Assembly (NCBI GenBank): GCA_037137535.1
Contig: JBAXKC010000003.1
Location: 73,960 to 137,959, forward strand
Reading direction: 5' to 3'
Source: a bacterium
Lineage (GTDB): Bacteria > Cyanobacteriota > Vampirovibrionia > Gastranaerophilales > JBAXKC01
DNA: 64,000 nt
Shown here: piece by piece, positions 21,184 through 32,714 of the stretch
How positions within the stretch are numbered: the first letter of the stretch is position 1
Layout: every line of letters starts with the position of its first letter
The notes under the pieces: model-generated
Databases searched by the model: none
What the model was told of the DNA's origin: nothing
The model's input: the letters and a program-made list of their open reading frames with translations, nothing else
Made by a program: the position numbers and the translations under genes

Positions 21184-22053
21184 TTATTCATTATTAATTG
21201 AAAAATATACATCTTTTAATCTTTTTTTACTTACATGGGTATAAAGCTGTGTGGTTGATACATCGCTATGTCCCAGTAATTCCTGCACTACTCTTAAATC
21301 TGCTCCGTTTTCCAGTAAATGTGTTGCAAAACTGTGTCTTATAACGTGGGGGCTGATTTTTCTATTTATAAGTTTTCCTAAATTATTGATGAATCTGTAA
21401 ATATCCTGACGTGATAAGGTTTTTCCATTTGCTTTAAGAAAAAAAGCATCTTCGTTTTCATTATATTTTAAAAGAAGTAGTTCTCTATCTTCTAAATATA
21501 GTTTTAATGCATTTTTTGCTTCGTCTCCAATTGGTACTATTCTTTCTTTTGAGCCTTTTCCAAAGCATCTTACATAGCCGTTAGAAAGATTTATATTTGA
21601 TAGTTTTAAATTTACAAGCTCTGATACACGAAGACCTGAAGCGTATAAAAGCTCTAGGATTGCTTTTTCTGAAGAGGTCAGCTTTTGAGCAAATAAAAGC
21701 TCCATTTCTTTTATACTTAGCACTTTAGGTAGTTTTCTTGCTAATTTTGGCTGTTCTATGCTTACTGTAGGGTCGTATTGAATGTATTCATTAGAAATAA
21801 GCCATTTAAACCAGCCTCTTACGGATGCAATCATTCTTGTTGTAGAAGATGCCGCATAGCCTTTGCCTCTTAGCTCTCTTATAAATACATTCAGAGATGA
21901 TCTTGCGATATTTTCAAATTCATTTATATTATGTTTTTCTAAAAACTCTATAAAAATAGAGAGATCAGTTCTATAGCTTATTTCCGTATTATTAGAAAGA
22001 CCTCTTTCAAGGATTAGATAATCTATATATTCACATAGATATTGATAAAACAT
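21184..22053 (-). CDS. xerD: Site-specific tyrosine recombinase XerD/XerC
   Basis: LYASGLRVSEL, GKGSKER, HVIRHSFATHLL, LLGHSDVSTTQLYTHV. Confidence 0.92.
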   Translation of the reverse strand: MFYQYLCEYIDYLILERGLSNNTEISYRTDLSIFIEFLEKHNINEFENIARSSLNVFIRELRGKGYAASSTTRMIASVRGWFKWLISNEYIQYDPTVSIEQPKLARKLPKVLSIKEMELLFAQKLTSSEKAILELLYASGLRVSELVNLKLSNINLSNGYVRCFGKGSKERIVPIGDEAKNALKLYLEDRELLLLKYNENEDAFFLKANGKTLSRQDIYRFINNLGKLINRKISPHVIRHSFATHLLENGADLRVVQELLGHSDVSTTQLYTHVSKKRLKDVYFSINNE

Positions 22054-22091
22054 TTTTTTAAGTCCAATCCTGTTTTTATAAGCTGTTTTGA

Positions 22092-23450
<1,359 letters not shown>

Positions 23451-23510
23451 GCTGAAATAATTACTTCTTATTGAGAATGAAACTAGTTATAAAAGTTGTA
23501 TAATATTAAT

Positions 23511-23553
23511 AAAAGCAGGAATTCGACTCTAATTTGTAAAATTCCTGCTTTTT
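23511..23553 (+). terminator. Intrinsic terminator after serS
   Basis: AAAAGCAGGAATT...AATTCCTGCTTTTT. Confidence 0.75.
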
Positions 23554-23632
23554 CTTTGTTTGAAAAATTAAAAAGTTTATTTTTTTTGCAAATAATAATA
23601 TTATTAAAATGTAAGATAATAAAGGGCATAAA

Positions 23633-23833
23633 ATGGAGATTAATCCTAAAAGAGTCAGATATGTGAAGCCTTCTTTGCAGGGAACAGGCATTATTCCTGT
23701 CGGAGCAGAGGGTAATGTGCTATTATTTATTAAACATCCTGTAACCTCAAAACTTTTAGTTGATTTTCCTTCATTTGAAAAAGCAATAGTGCCGTTAAGC
23801 AGTGTAGAAATATTAGAGGAACACAATGGATAA
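23633..23833 (+). CDS. Small hypothetical protein overlapping the DGC gene start
   Basis: AAGGG RBS; 8-nt overlap with next gene. Confidence 0.6.
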   Translation: MEINPKRVRYVKPSLQGTGIIPVGAEGNVLLFIKHPVTSKLLVDFPSFEKAIVPLSSVEILEEHNG

Positions 23834-25682
23834 AATTAAAGATTTGATACTTAAAAAAGAACTAAGGCATCTTTTTTATGTGCTTTTTACCTCAATAATG
23901 ATTTTTTTCTTGTTTACACTTGGTCAATTAACTCAGGTAAATAAATTTTTAGAATCTATTGAGTTAAAAACTCTTGATTTTAGATTTGCTATTCCAAATA
24001 AAAAAATGGCGACTAATCCAAAAATAGTTATTTTAACTATTGATGATAACAGCCTTGAATTTTTAGAAGAAGAATTTGGCAGATGGCCATGGAGTAGAAA
24101 TGTTTACACTAAAATGATTGACTATCTTGAACAGGATAAGGTTGGTCAGGTAATCTTTGATTTAATGTTTCTTGGTTATCAAAAAGGGCTTGAAAATAAA
24201 GATATAGAGCTTGCTAAAACTATGGGTAATTACCATAATATTTATACTTCAATGAATTTTGATTCAAGAATGGATAAAATAGCTCCTCCTTTACCGTCTT
24301 ATATGAAAATTAATGTGGAAAATAAATCTTCAAATATTAATCTTTCTGATTTGGAATATTCTAATGTAAGACTTATTTTGCCTGAAATCATTAAATATAA
24401 TAAAAATATCGGAATGATTAATCTTTCCCGAGATGTTGACGGCATAAGTAGAAGATGTCCAATATTTTTAAAATATAATAATACCTTTTATCCGTATTTA
24501 GCTTTTAAAGCTGCTATAGATAATATTAAGCAAAATGAAAATATAAAAATTAATAAATTTATAATTGATAAAAATAACGATGTTTTAATAGGAAGTAAAA
24601 AGATTCACCTTGATAAAGACGGTAAAATGATAATCAATTGGTATGGGGCTAACCATTCTTTTGAATATATTCCTTTTTATAAGATCATAAAATCTATTAA
24701 TAATATAAAAGCAGGAAAGCCTCCTGTTATTCAGCCCGGTTATTTTAAGGATAAAGTTGTGTTTGTAGGTGTTACTGCTACTTCTTTATTTGATATAAAA
24801 TCAACACCTTTAAGTAATATTTATCCGGGGGTAGAAGTGCAGGCAACTGTTTATAATAATATTCTCGATAGAAATTCTGTAAGGAAATTTGGAGATTTAA
24901 GTAATTTATTAATTTGTATGGTTCTTGGAGTCTTAACCTCTTTGATCGTTATTAGAATACGTTCTTCCTTCTTTTCCTCTTTCGCTACTATTATGCTTGC
25001 GTTAATTTATATTGGTTTTGCCTCATATCTATTAAGGTATCATTTTATCTGGATTGGCATGATTAATCAGATAATTATTATGACTTTAACCTTTACATCT
25101 ATGTTTATTATTAAATATTTATTGAAATCACGAGATTTTGAATATACTTATAAACTTGCTACAACTGATGGGCTTACCGGGCTCCATAATCATAGGTTTT
25201 TTCAGGAGCATATGGTAAATAGCCTTGATAGAGGAAAAAGATACAAATCAAGTTTCTCTCTATTACTTGTAGATATTGATTTCTTCAAGAAATTTAATGA
25301 TACATACGGACATCAGGCAGGTGATGCGGTTTTAAGACAAGTTGCAGATACTTTAAAGAAAATGGTGAGAGCTTCTGATCTTGTTGCCCGTTATGGCGGA
25401 GAAGAAATGACTATTGTTCTTGATAATACAAATATTAATGAGGCTATGCTTATAGCGGATAAAATATGCAAACAGGTTGCCTTTAAGCCCTATAGGTTAT
25501 CAGAGGGGATTGAACGGCATGTTACCATTAGTATCGGTGTTTCAACATATCCTTTTCACGGTGAAACTTCTGCTGAACTTATTGAATATGCGGATAGAGG
25601 TTTATATAGAGCAAAGGAAAATGGTCGAAATCAGGTCGGCTCATTAGAAGAAGATGATGAAATATTAATCGAAGATAAATAA
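23826..25682 (+). CDS. CHASE2-sensor diguanylate cyclase
   Basis: CHASE2 (GRWPWSR, D.DG..R, PGVEVQA), 3 TM, GGDEF domain with RASD I-site and GGEEM. Confidence 0.92.
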   Translation: MDKIKDLILKKELRHLFYVLFTSIMIFFLFTLGQLTQVNKFLESIELKTLDFRFAIPNKKMATNPKIVILTIDDNSLEFLEEEFGRWPWSRNVYTKMIDYLEQDKVGQVIFDLMFLGYQKGLENKDIELAKTMGNYHNIYTSMNFDSRMDKIAPPLPSYMKINVENKSSNINLSDLEYSNVRLILPEIIKYNKNIGMINLSRDVDGISRRCPIFLKYNNTFYPYLAFKAAIDNIKQNENIKINKFIIDKNNDVLIGSKKIHLDKDGKMIINWYGANHSFEYIPFYKIIKSINNIKAGKPPVIQPGYFKDKVVFVGVTATSLFDIKSTPLSNIYPGVEVQATVYNNILDRNSVRKFGDLSNLLICMVLGVLTSLIVIRIRSSFFSSFATIMLALIYIGFASYLLRYHFIWIGMINQIIIMTLTFTSMFIIKYLLKSRDFEYTYKLATTDGLTGLHNHRFFQEHMVNSLDRGKRYKSSFSLLLVDIDFFKKFNDTYGHQAGDAVLRQVADTLKKMVRASDLVARYGGEEMTIVLDNTNINEAMLIADKICKQVAFKPYRLSEGIERHVTISIGVSTYPFHGETSAELIEYADRGLYRAKENGRNQVGSLEEDDEILIEDK

Positions 25683-25687
25683 ATCCT

Positions 25688-25720
25688 AAAAGGTTGTAGT
25701 GTTTTACCGCAACCTTTTTT
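25688..25720 (+). terminator. Intrinsic terminator after DGC
   Basis: AAAAGGTTGTAG...CCGCAACCTTTTTT. Confidence 0.7.
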
Positions 25721-25962
25721 GTTTGACTATACTTATCCAGCAAAATAATTTTTGCGAAAAGAGGCAAATCGCTCGATTAGTGTGTTTTTTTAAGTAATTA
25801 TTAAAAAATACGTTGGACTGGTATATACAAAAAATGCAATATAGTGTAAAATAAACACTAATAATTGGCTTTATATTAACTACTTGTGTCTAATTGTGTT
25901 TGATTTGTTTTTTTTATACCGTCATTTATTGAACGGGATAAATAAGAAAAAGGTATAAATAT

Positions 25963-26913
25963 ATGAGTATAATAGAAAAAAATATGAATATAAAAGAAGA
26001 TGTAACTGCTTTAGTGGGTAATACCCCTATGGTTTATTTAAAAAGGCTGACTAAAAATTGTGTGGCAAAAGTTGCTGCTAAGTTGGAATGTTTTAATCCT
26101 GCAAATTCTGTTAAAGATCGTATTGGTTTTAATATGATTGAATTTGCTGAAAAAGAAGGAAAAATTCAACCGGGTTTAAGCACTCTTATTGAGCCTACAA
26201 GCGGAAATACAGGAATAGGCCTTGCTTTTGTAAGTGCAGTAAAGGGTTATAAGCTTATTTTGACAATGCCTGAAACAATGAGTATAGAAAGAAGAATGCT
26301 TTTAAAGGCTTATGGTGCTGAATTAGTTTTAACTCCCGGTGAATTAGGAATGAGAGGGGCTATTGAAAAAGCATTAGAGTTAGCAAAAGGTATTGAAAAT
26401 TCTTATATTTTTCAGCAATTTGAAAATCCCTCTAATCCTGAAATGCATTCAAAAACAACAGCTGAAGAAATATGGAAAGATACTGATGGAAAGATAGATA
26501 TTTTTGTTGCGGGAATAGGAACAGGCGGAACTATTTCGGGTGTTGGGCGAGTATTGAAGCAAAGAAACCCTAATATTAAGATAATAGGTGTAGAGCCTGA
26601 ATCTAGTCCTGTTATCACTCAGGGAAAAGCAGGTGCGCATAAAATTCAAGGCATAGGAGCAGGCTTTGTTCCTAAGAACCTAGATATGTCAATAGTTGAT
26701 GAGATTATTACAGTTTCTGATAATGATGCGATTGAAACCGCTCGCAGACTTGCAAAGGAAGAAGGGCTTCTTTCGGGTATTTCCTGTGGAGCTGCTGCTT
26801 TTGCGGCTGTCAAAGTAGCTGAAAGAGCTGAAAATAAAGATAAATTATTAGTAACAGTATTGCCTGATTTTGGAGAAAGATACTTGAGTACTGTTCTATT
26901 TCAGGATGTTTAA
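25963..26913 (+). CDS. cysK: Cysteine synthase A
   Basis: [10 protein letters not shown] (PLP Lys), [23 protein letters not shown]. Confidence 0.97.
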   Translation: MSIIEKNMNIKEDVTALVGNTPMVYLKRLTKNCVAKVAAKLECFNPANSVKDRIGFNMIEFAEKEGKIQPGLSTLIEPTSGNTGIGLAFVSAVKGYKLILTMPETMSIERRMLLKAYGAELVLTPGELGMRGAIEKALELAKGIENSYIFQQFENPSNPEMHSKTTAEEIWKDTDGKIDIFVAGIGTGGTISGVGRVLKQRNPNIKIIGVEPESSPVITQGKAGAHKIQGIGAGFVPKNLDMSIVDEIITVSDNDAIETARRLAKEEGLLSGISCGAAAFAAVKVAERAENKDKLLVTVLPDFGERYLSTVLFQDV

Positions 26914-26946
26914 AAACAACGTACGTGATAAATATAAAATCAAGGA

Positions 26947-27636
26947 ATGTTAGACATGTTTTTGTCAACGATTAAAGAGGACATCAAAACAATATATGAG
27001 AAAGACCCTGCGGCTGTAAATCTTTTTGAGGTGTTATGCTGTTATCCGGGGTTACATGCTTTATTTTTACATAGAATTGCTCATAAGTTATATGTATGGA
27101 GAGTTCCCGCTATTCCCCGAATGATTTCAAATATTTCAAGATTTATTACGGGTATTGAAATTCATCCAGGGGCGAGAATAGGTAAAAGATTCTTTATAGA
27201 TCATGGTATGGGAGTTGTAATCGGTGAAACAGCTATAATCGGTAATGATGTACTTCTTTATCAAGGTGTAACTCTTGGAGGGACAGGCAAAGAGCATGGG
27301 AAACGTCATCCTACTTTAAAAGATAATATAGTTGTAGGTTCGGGGGCGAAAGTTTTGGGAAATATAACATTAGGAAATAACGTAAGAGTAGGTGCAGGTT
27401 CCGTAGTAATTACTGATGTGCCTGATGATTCTACGGTAGTTGGAATACCGGGGCGAATAATATCGCAAAAAGGAGTTAAAATGACTCCTCTTCATCATGA
27501 AGATATGCCGGATCCGATAAAAGATGCAATTAACAATCTTACGGATGAAATAAAAGAGTTTAAGGGCTTTATTAAAACTGAAATAGCAATTTGTCCTTAT
27601 AAAAAAGAAGAGTTTAAAGACGGTGGAGGTATTTAA
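26947..27636 (+). CDS. cysE: Serine O-acetyltransferase
   Basis: DPAA, TGIEIHPGA, FIDHGMGVVIGET, KRHPTL hexapeptide repeats. Confidence 0.97.
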   Translation: MLDMFLSTIKEDIKTIYEKDPAAVNLFEVLCCYPGLHALFLHRIAHKLYVWRVPAIPRMISNISRFITGIEIHPGARIGKRFFIDHGMGVVIGETAIIGNDVLLYQGVTLGGTGKEHGKRHPTLKDNIVVGSGAKVLGNITLGNNVRVGAGSVVITDVPDDSTVVGIPGRIISQKGVKMTPLHHEDMPDPIKDAINNLTDEIKEFKGFIKTEIAICPYKKEEFKDGGGI

Positions 27637-27647
27637 TACCTCCTTTT
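27625..27647 (+). terminator. Terminator overlapping cysE stop
   Basis: GGAGGTAT-TTA-ATACCTCC-TTTT. Confidence 0.7.
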
Positions 27648-27712
27648 GATTTTTAAATTCTATTCAGATTTGAAGGAATAATTAATTTTTGTAAAAGATA
27701 CACTTAATAGTA

Positions 27713-27740
27713 TTGTAAGTGTATATTAAACACGTATAAT
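27713..27740 (+). promoter_or_regulatory. Sigma70-type promoter
   Basis: TTGTAA-16nt-TATAAT; -35 overlapped by inverted repeat ATACACTTA-N9-TAAGTGTAT. Confidence 0.6.
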
Positions 27741-27745
27741 TTAAC

Positions 27746-27887
27746 GTTAAGAAGAGAAATATGAGCTGGGTCTTATCTTAAAGAAAAATTTGATTTTTCT
27801 TTAGTGCTTTATTTTGAGAGATTAAACAAGCTTAAATAAAAGCATAGAGTTTCATAAAAGTAGCCTTCTTAACACAGAAGGTTTTTT
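27746..27887 (+). ncRNA. Candidate structured leader RNA/attenuator or sRNA (family unknown)
   Basis: 5' GTTAAGAAG pairs with CTTCTTAAC (27865-27873), two internal hairpins, alternative terminator CCTTCT/AGAAGG plus T6. Confidence 0.45.
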
Positions 27888-27933
27888 AATACTTTTAGTG
27901 AGTTATTGTAAAAATTAGGAAGCGAGGCAGGGA

Positions 27934-28659
27934 ATGTTGAACACAGTTAATCATGGTCTTATGGCAAGATCACAAAACAGAACAGCAGTAGCAACAAGAC
28001 AAACAGTACCGGCATTTAAAGGTGGAATAGAAAAAGTTGCAGTTCAAGCAGCAGATGGGTTTGTAACAAAGGCAGCTGCCGAACTTGGGGAGATTAAATT
28101 CGTAGATAGAGCAAGAAAAGCTCTAATGGCTGGAGAACCAGGCAGAGCATCGATTCTCTATAAAAAAGCAATACCACAAGTTGTTAAAAAATTTCAAAAT
28201 GAAGCTGAAAAAGTTGCTTTATTTTTTACAGAAGTTTCACAAGCATTATTTAGCGGAGCAGGAAAACTTCTTGATGAGTCAACTCAATTAGCAAAAGGTT
28301 CAACCGAGTTAGCTAATCGTGCAGTTGTTATTGCTGAAAATAAAGGTGATGATGTTGCTAAAGCTGGAACAAAAGTTATTAAAGAACTTACAGAGAAAAA
28401 TGCTGATCAAGTTTGCCATTCTTTAATTGGTACACCTGAAGCACAACAAGAATTTGCTCAAGGTATCATTAAAAGTGCAGCACCAAAAATTATTGAACAA
28501 AATGAGCTTTATCAGCTTAAAGTAGCAAGTGATGCAGCAAAAAATAAAGCTGAGCTTGAAGCTCTTCAAGTTCAAATGAAGTTAGAGCAAATGAAACAAA
28601 TGATGCAACCTGAAAAACCACATGGTGAATTTGGTTTTAACATAGCAGACGCAAAGTAA
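27934..28659 (+). CDS. Orphan helical protein with polar N-terminal leader (...PAFKG)
   Basis: 241-aa Ala/Lys/Gln-rich ORF, GAGG RBS, own terminator. Confidence 0.8.
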   Translation: MLNTVNHGLMARSQNRTAVATRQTVPAFKGGIEKVAVQAADGFVTKAAAELGEIKFVDRARKALMAGEPGRASILYKKAIPQVVKKFQNEAEKVALFFTEVSQALFSGAGKLLDESTQLAKGSTELANRAVVIAENKGDDVAKAGTKVIKELTEKNADQVCHSLIGTPEAQQEFAQGIIKSAAPKIIEQNELYQLKVASDAAKNKAELEALQVQMKLEQMKQMMQPEKPHGEFGFNIADAK

Positions 28660-28675
28660 TATTAATATGAATCTT

Positions 28676-28705
28676 AAAAATCCCTCTAAAAAAGAGGGAT
28701 TTTTT
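28676..28705 (+). terminator. Intrinsic terminator
   Basis: AAAAATCCCTCT...AGAGGGATTTTTT. Confidence 0.85.
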
Positions 28706-28765
28706 GTATGTAAAAATTTAGCTGATAAAATTATAAATATAAATATATAAAAAGGAGCTTTAAGA

Positions 28766-30061
28766 ATGATAGAACGATATACAAGAAAAGAAATGGGTTA
28801 TATCTGGACGCAGGAAAGTAAATTTCAGGCTATGCTTGATGTTGAGCTTGCTGTTTGTAGAGCTCATAATAAATTGGGTAATATCCCAGATCAGGATTTG
28901 AAAAATATTGAAGAAAAAGCAAAATTTGACTTAGATAGAATTTTAGAAATTGAAGAAGAAGTAAAACACGATATAATAGCTTTCGTTACTAACTTAAATG
29001 AGAATATAGGCGAATCTTCAAGGTTCGTTCATATGGGTATAACAAGTTCTGATGCAATAGATACAGGGCTTGCCGTTCAGTTAAAGCATGCAAATGAATT
29101 AATTAAAAAAGATATTATAGAAGTAATTGACGCTCTTAGAGAAAAAGCAAAAGAACATAAAGAAACTATCACAATCGGAAGATCTCACGGCATTCATGCA
29201 GAGCCTACTACTTTTGGGGCAAAACTTTGCGTTTGGCTTGATATTATGGAGAGAAACCTCGAGAGATTTAATAATGTTGCTGAAGAGATTAGCGTTGGAC
29301 AAATAAGCGGACCAGTCGGAACTTTTAGCAATATTGAACCTCAAATTGAAGAGCTTGTGTGTGAAGAGTTAGGATTAAAACCTGCAAAAGTTTCTACTCA
29401 AGTCATTCAGAGAGATTTACATGCTCATTATCATCAGATATTGGCACTTATTGCTTCTACAATAGAACAATTCTCTGTAGAATTAAGACATCTTCAACGT
29501 ACAGAAGTTCTTGAGGTTGAAGAAGGATTTGCCAAAGGTCAAAAAGGTTCATCAGCTATGCCTCATAAAAAGAATCCTATAAGTGGGGAAAATTTAACAG
29601 GACTTGCCAGACTTGTAAGATCAAATTCTTTTGCCGCTCTTGAGAATATTCCGTTATGGCATGAAAGAGATATAAGCCATAGCTCTGTAGAAAGAGTAAT
29701 ATTCCCCGATAGTACTATCCTAATTGACTATATGCTTAATAGATTTAAAGGTGTTATAAATAATCTTGTTGTTTACCCTGAAAATATGCTTAAAAATACC
29801 CGACTTTTCGGTGGTGTTATTTATTCACAAAGAGTTCTGCTTAAATTAACAGATAAAGGACTGTCAAGAGAAGAAGCTTATAAACTTGTTCAAGAAAATG
29901 CTCATAAAGCTTGGAATAAAGAAAATGGCAATTTTAAAAACAATCTTCTCTCTGATCCAAATGTAACAAAGGTTTTAAGTGAAATTGAAATTGATGAATG
30001 TTTTGATCCGCAATATTATTTAAGAAACATAAACCATATTTATAAACGAATGGGAGTTTAA
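28766..30061 (+). CDS. purB: Adenylosuccinate lyase
   Basis: MIERY, GRSHGIHAEPTT, GSSAMPHKKNP, WHERDISHSS. Confidence 0.98.
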   Translation: MIERYTRKEMGYIWTQESKFQAMLDVELAVCRAHNKLGNIPDQDLKNIEEKAKFDLDRILEIEEEVKHDIIAFVTNLNENIGESSRFVHMGITSSDAIDTGLAVQLKHANELIKKDIIEVIDALREKAKEHKETITIGRSHGIHAEPTTFGAKLCVWLDIMERNLERFNNVAEEISVGQISGPVGTFSNIEPQIEELVCEELGLKPAKVSTQVIQRDLHAHYHQILALIASTIEQFSVELRHLQRTEVLEVEEGFAKGQKGSSAMPHKKNPISGENLTGLARLVRSNSFAALENIPLWHERDISHSSVERVIFPDSTILIDYMLNRFKGVINNLVVYPENMLKNTRLFGGVIYSQRVLLKLTDKGLSREEAYKLVQENAHKAWNKENGNFKNNLLSDPNVTKVLSEIEIDECFDPQYYLRNINHIYKRMGV

Positions 30062-30062
30062 A

Positions 30063-32714
30063 ATGTATAAAAAGGATTTCTTTAAAGTTTTTATTACAAC
30101 ATTTGTTGTATGGCTTGCCTTTTCAAATATATCATTTGCAAAAACAATTGATAAAGCAGGGATAAAAGTATTTAAACTTGCTAATGGTCAAACATTGGTT
30201 GTTAAAGAAGTCCATACAAATCCTATAGTTACTGTTGATACTTGGGTTAAAACAGGTTCAATCAATGAAAACGATAAAAATAACGGTGTTTCTCACTTTT
30301 TAGAACATTTGTTTTTTAAAGGGACAGAAAAACATATTGCAGGCGAAGCCGATAAAATCCTTGAAACAAAAGGAGCTGTTTATAATGCAGCAACAAGTAA
30401 GGATTTTACTCATTTTTATACGACAATTCCAAGTAAATATTTGCAAGATGCAATGGATTTACAGTCTGATATGCTTTTAAATGCAACTTTTCCAAATGCA
30501 GAGCTTGATAAAGAAAGAAAAGTTGTTCAGGCAGAAATAAAAAGAGCCGATGATAATGCAGGTTCTATTGTTTTTAATAATTTGAATAACATTATTTTTA
30601 AACATCATCCGTATCGATATGAAACTCTTGGAACACCTCAAATAATTGGTTCTATTCCTAGACAAAGTATTCTTGATTATTATCATCGTTGGTATTTACC
30701 TCAAAATATGGTTACTATTGTGGTTGGTGATGTAGATACAAATAAAGTAAAAGCTCTTGTTGAAAAAGACTATGTTGAAAAGCATAAAAGAAAATTTTCA
30801 GGACAAATAAAATATCCTAGAGAACCTGAACTGACAAAACCTGAAAGTATTGTTAAAAAAGGCGATTACAACGTAGCATATCTTGAACTCGGATTTAAAG
30901 GAGTTCCTATTACCGACATAAAAGATAATTATTCTTTGGATGTTTTAGCAACTATACTTGGAGATGGCGATAGTTCAAGACTTTATCAGTCGTTGAAAGA
31001 AAAAACAAATATTGTAACTTCAATAGATGCAGGGCATATGTCGCTTAAAGATGACAGCGTTTTCTATATCAGCAGCGAGATGAAACCTGAAAATTATAAA
31101 AAAGCTAAAGAAGAAGTAATCAAGCAGATAAATAAAGTAAGAGTAGATGGAATTACCGACGAGGAGCTTAATAGAGCGAAAAAACTTCTTGAAAGACAGT
31201 TTCTTTATAACTCTGAATCAGTTGAAGAAATAGCTAATACTATTGGTTATTGTATGACAATCAATAATAATCTTGATTGTTATACTGATTATACAGAACA
31301 AATTTCAAAATTAACAAAAGAAGATATTAAAAAAGTAGCTGTTCAATATATTGATACTTCAAAAATGGCTGAATCTTTATTACTTCCACAAAATGCTAAT
31401 ATTGCCGATATAAAACCAAAAAAAGAAGCTTTTAAAAATACCGAAAAATATATTTTAAACAACGGTACTATTCTTATAGTTGATAAAAATGAATCAAATA
31501 AGACCATTGCTCTTAATGTGTTTTTCAAAGGCGGTAATTTAAACGAGCCAATACCCGGAATTAATAGCATAATTGCTTCGACTTTAATGAAAGGTACTGC
31601 TAACAGAAGTTCTTTGCAGATTGCAAATGAGCTTGAAAATCTTGGTATAATTATTTCTCCAAGTGCTGATTCTGATTATTTTGAAATAAGCTTAAAATCA
31701 ACTTACGAAGATTTTAATAAAGCTCTTGATATTCTTGCGGATATTATTAATCATCCTAAATTCACTCAAGAAGATATTCAGCAAGCAAAAACAGATATTA
31801 TTGAAGCATATAAAGCGCAGCAGGATTCACCGTCTAAATTAGCTTTTGAGGGCTTTTTAAAGACAATTTATCCAAATCATCCTTATGGTTATGATAGCCA
31901 ACTAATAATCAAAAATCTTCCAAATATTACCAGAGAAAAGATATTAGCTTATTACAGCAAGACTTTTGTTCCTCAAAATATGATAATTTCTTCATCAGGA
32001 AATATTGATGGTGATAGTTTAAGTCAAAAAATAACTTCATATTTTCCTAAAGTTGAAGCCGCAAATGTTGTAACAGAATCTCAATTCGTTCATTCTTTCA
32101 GCCCTATTCCTAAAAATAAATTCACTCCTATTTATAAAGATGTGAATACCGCTTGGATTGTTTTAGGATGGAAAGCTCCGTCCGTAATGAATGAAAAAGA
32201 ATATGCAAGTTTAAAGGTCATTAATTCAATATTGGGAAGCGGTTTAAGTTCAAGGCTATTTGTGGATTTAAGAGAAAAACAAGGTTTAGCTTATGAAATA
32301 GCAAGCGTTTACCCGACAAGAGCCGATAACAGTTATTATGCAATGTATATGGGAACTCAGCCTGAAAGCATTAAAAAAGCCATAGATGGTTTTTTAAGCG
32401 AATCGGATAAACTAAAAAAATATGGTGTAACTCAAAAAGAGCTTGAAGATACAAAGCAAAGAATAACAGGACAATTTTTAATTGCAGAAGAAACCAATCA
32501 GGAAAAGTCGCATTATTTAGGTTGGTTTGAAGTGCTGGGCAAAGGATATCTTTTTAATTATAATTATCCTGCTATAATAAATGCTGTAACCATTGAAGAT
32601 GTGAAAAATACGGCAAATAAATATCTTAGTGAGCCATATGCAATAACTGTAATAGCTCCTAAGAACAGTTTAGAGGCAGTGGAAAAGGAATACAATAGTG
32701 AAAGTAAGCGTTAA
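30063..32714 (+). CDS. Secreted M16 (pitrilysin) zinc peptidase, tandem domains
   Basis: Signal peptide (SFA-K), HFLEH inverted zincin motif, SSRLY and SSRLF..LRE repeats. Confidence 0.92.
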   Translation: MYKKDFFKVFITTFVVWLAFSNISFAKTIDKAGIKVFKLANGQTLVVKEVHTNPIVTVDTWVKTGSINENDKNNGVSHFLEHLFFKGTEKHIAGEADKILETKGAVYNAATSKDFTHFYTTIPSKYLQDAMDLQSDMLLNATFPNAELDKERKVVQAEIKRADDNAGSIVFNNLNNIIFKHHPYRYETLGTPQIIGSIPRQSILDYYHRWYLPQNMVTIVVGDVDTNKVKALVEKDYVEKHKRKFSGQIKYPREPELTKPESIVKKGDYNVAYLELGFKGVPITDIKDNYSLDVLATILGDGDSSRLYQSLKEKTNIVTSIDAGHMSLKDDSVFYISSEMKPENYKKAKEEVIKQINKVRVDGITDEELNRAKKLLERQFLYNSESVEEIANTIGYCMTINNNLDCYTDYTEQISKLTKEDIKKVAVQYIDTSKMAESLLLPQNANIADIKPKKEAFKNTEKYILNNGTILIVDKNESNKTIALNVFFKGGNLNEPIPGINSIIASTLMKGTANRSSLQIANELENLGIIISPSADSDYFEISLKSTYEDFNKALDILADIINHPKFTQEDIQQAKTDIIEAYKAQQDSPSKLAFEGFLKTIYPNHPYGYDSQLIIKNLPNITREKILAYYSKTFVPQNMIISSSGNIDGDSLSQKITSYFPKVEAANVVTESQFVHSFSPIPKNKFTPIYKDVNTAWIVLGWKAPSVMNEKEYASLKVINSILGSGLSSRLFVDLREKQGLAYEIASVYPTRADNSYYAMYMGTQPESIKKAIDGFLSESDKLKKYGVTQKELEDTKQRITGQFLIAEETNQEKSHYLGWFEVLGKGYLFNYNYPAIINAVTIEDVKNTANKYLSEPYAITVIAPKNSLEAVEKEYNSESKR

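Noticed and set aside
21184-22053. Tyrosine recombinase as a prophage/island integrase
   Set aside because: Size and motifs fit chromosomal XerD/XerC; no tRNA, att repeats or phage genes are nearby.
25750-25800. GGCAAA after the diguanylate cyclase as a c-di-GMP-I riboswitch
   Set aside because: It lacks the following GNRA-capped stem and GACGCAAA/receptor elements.
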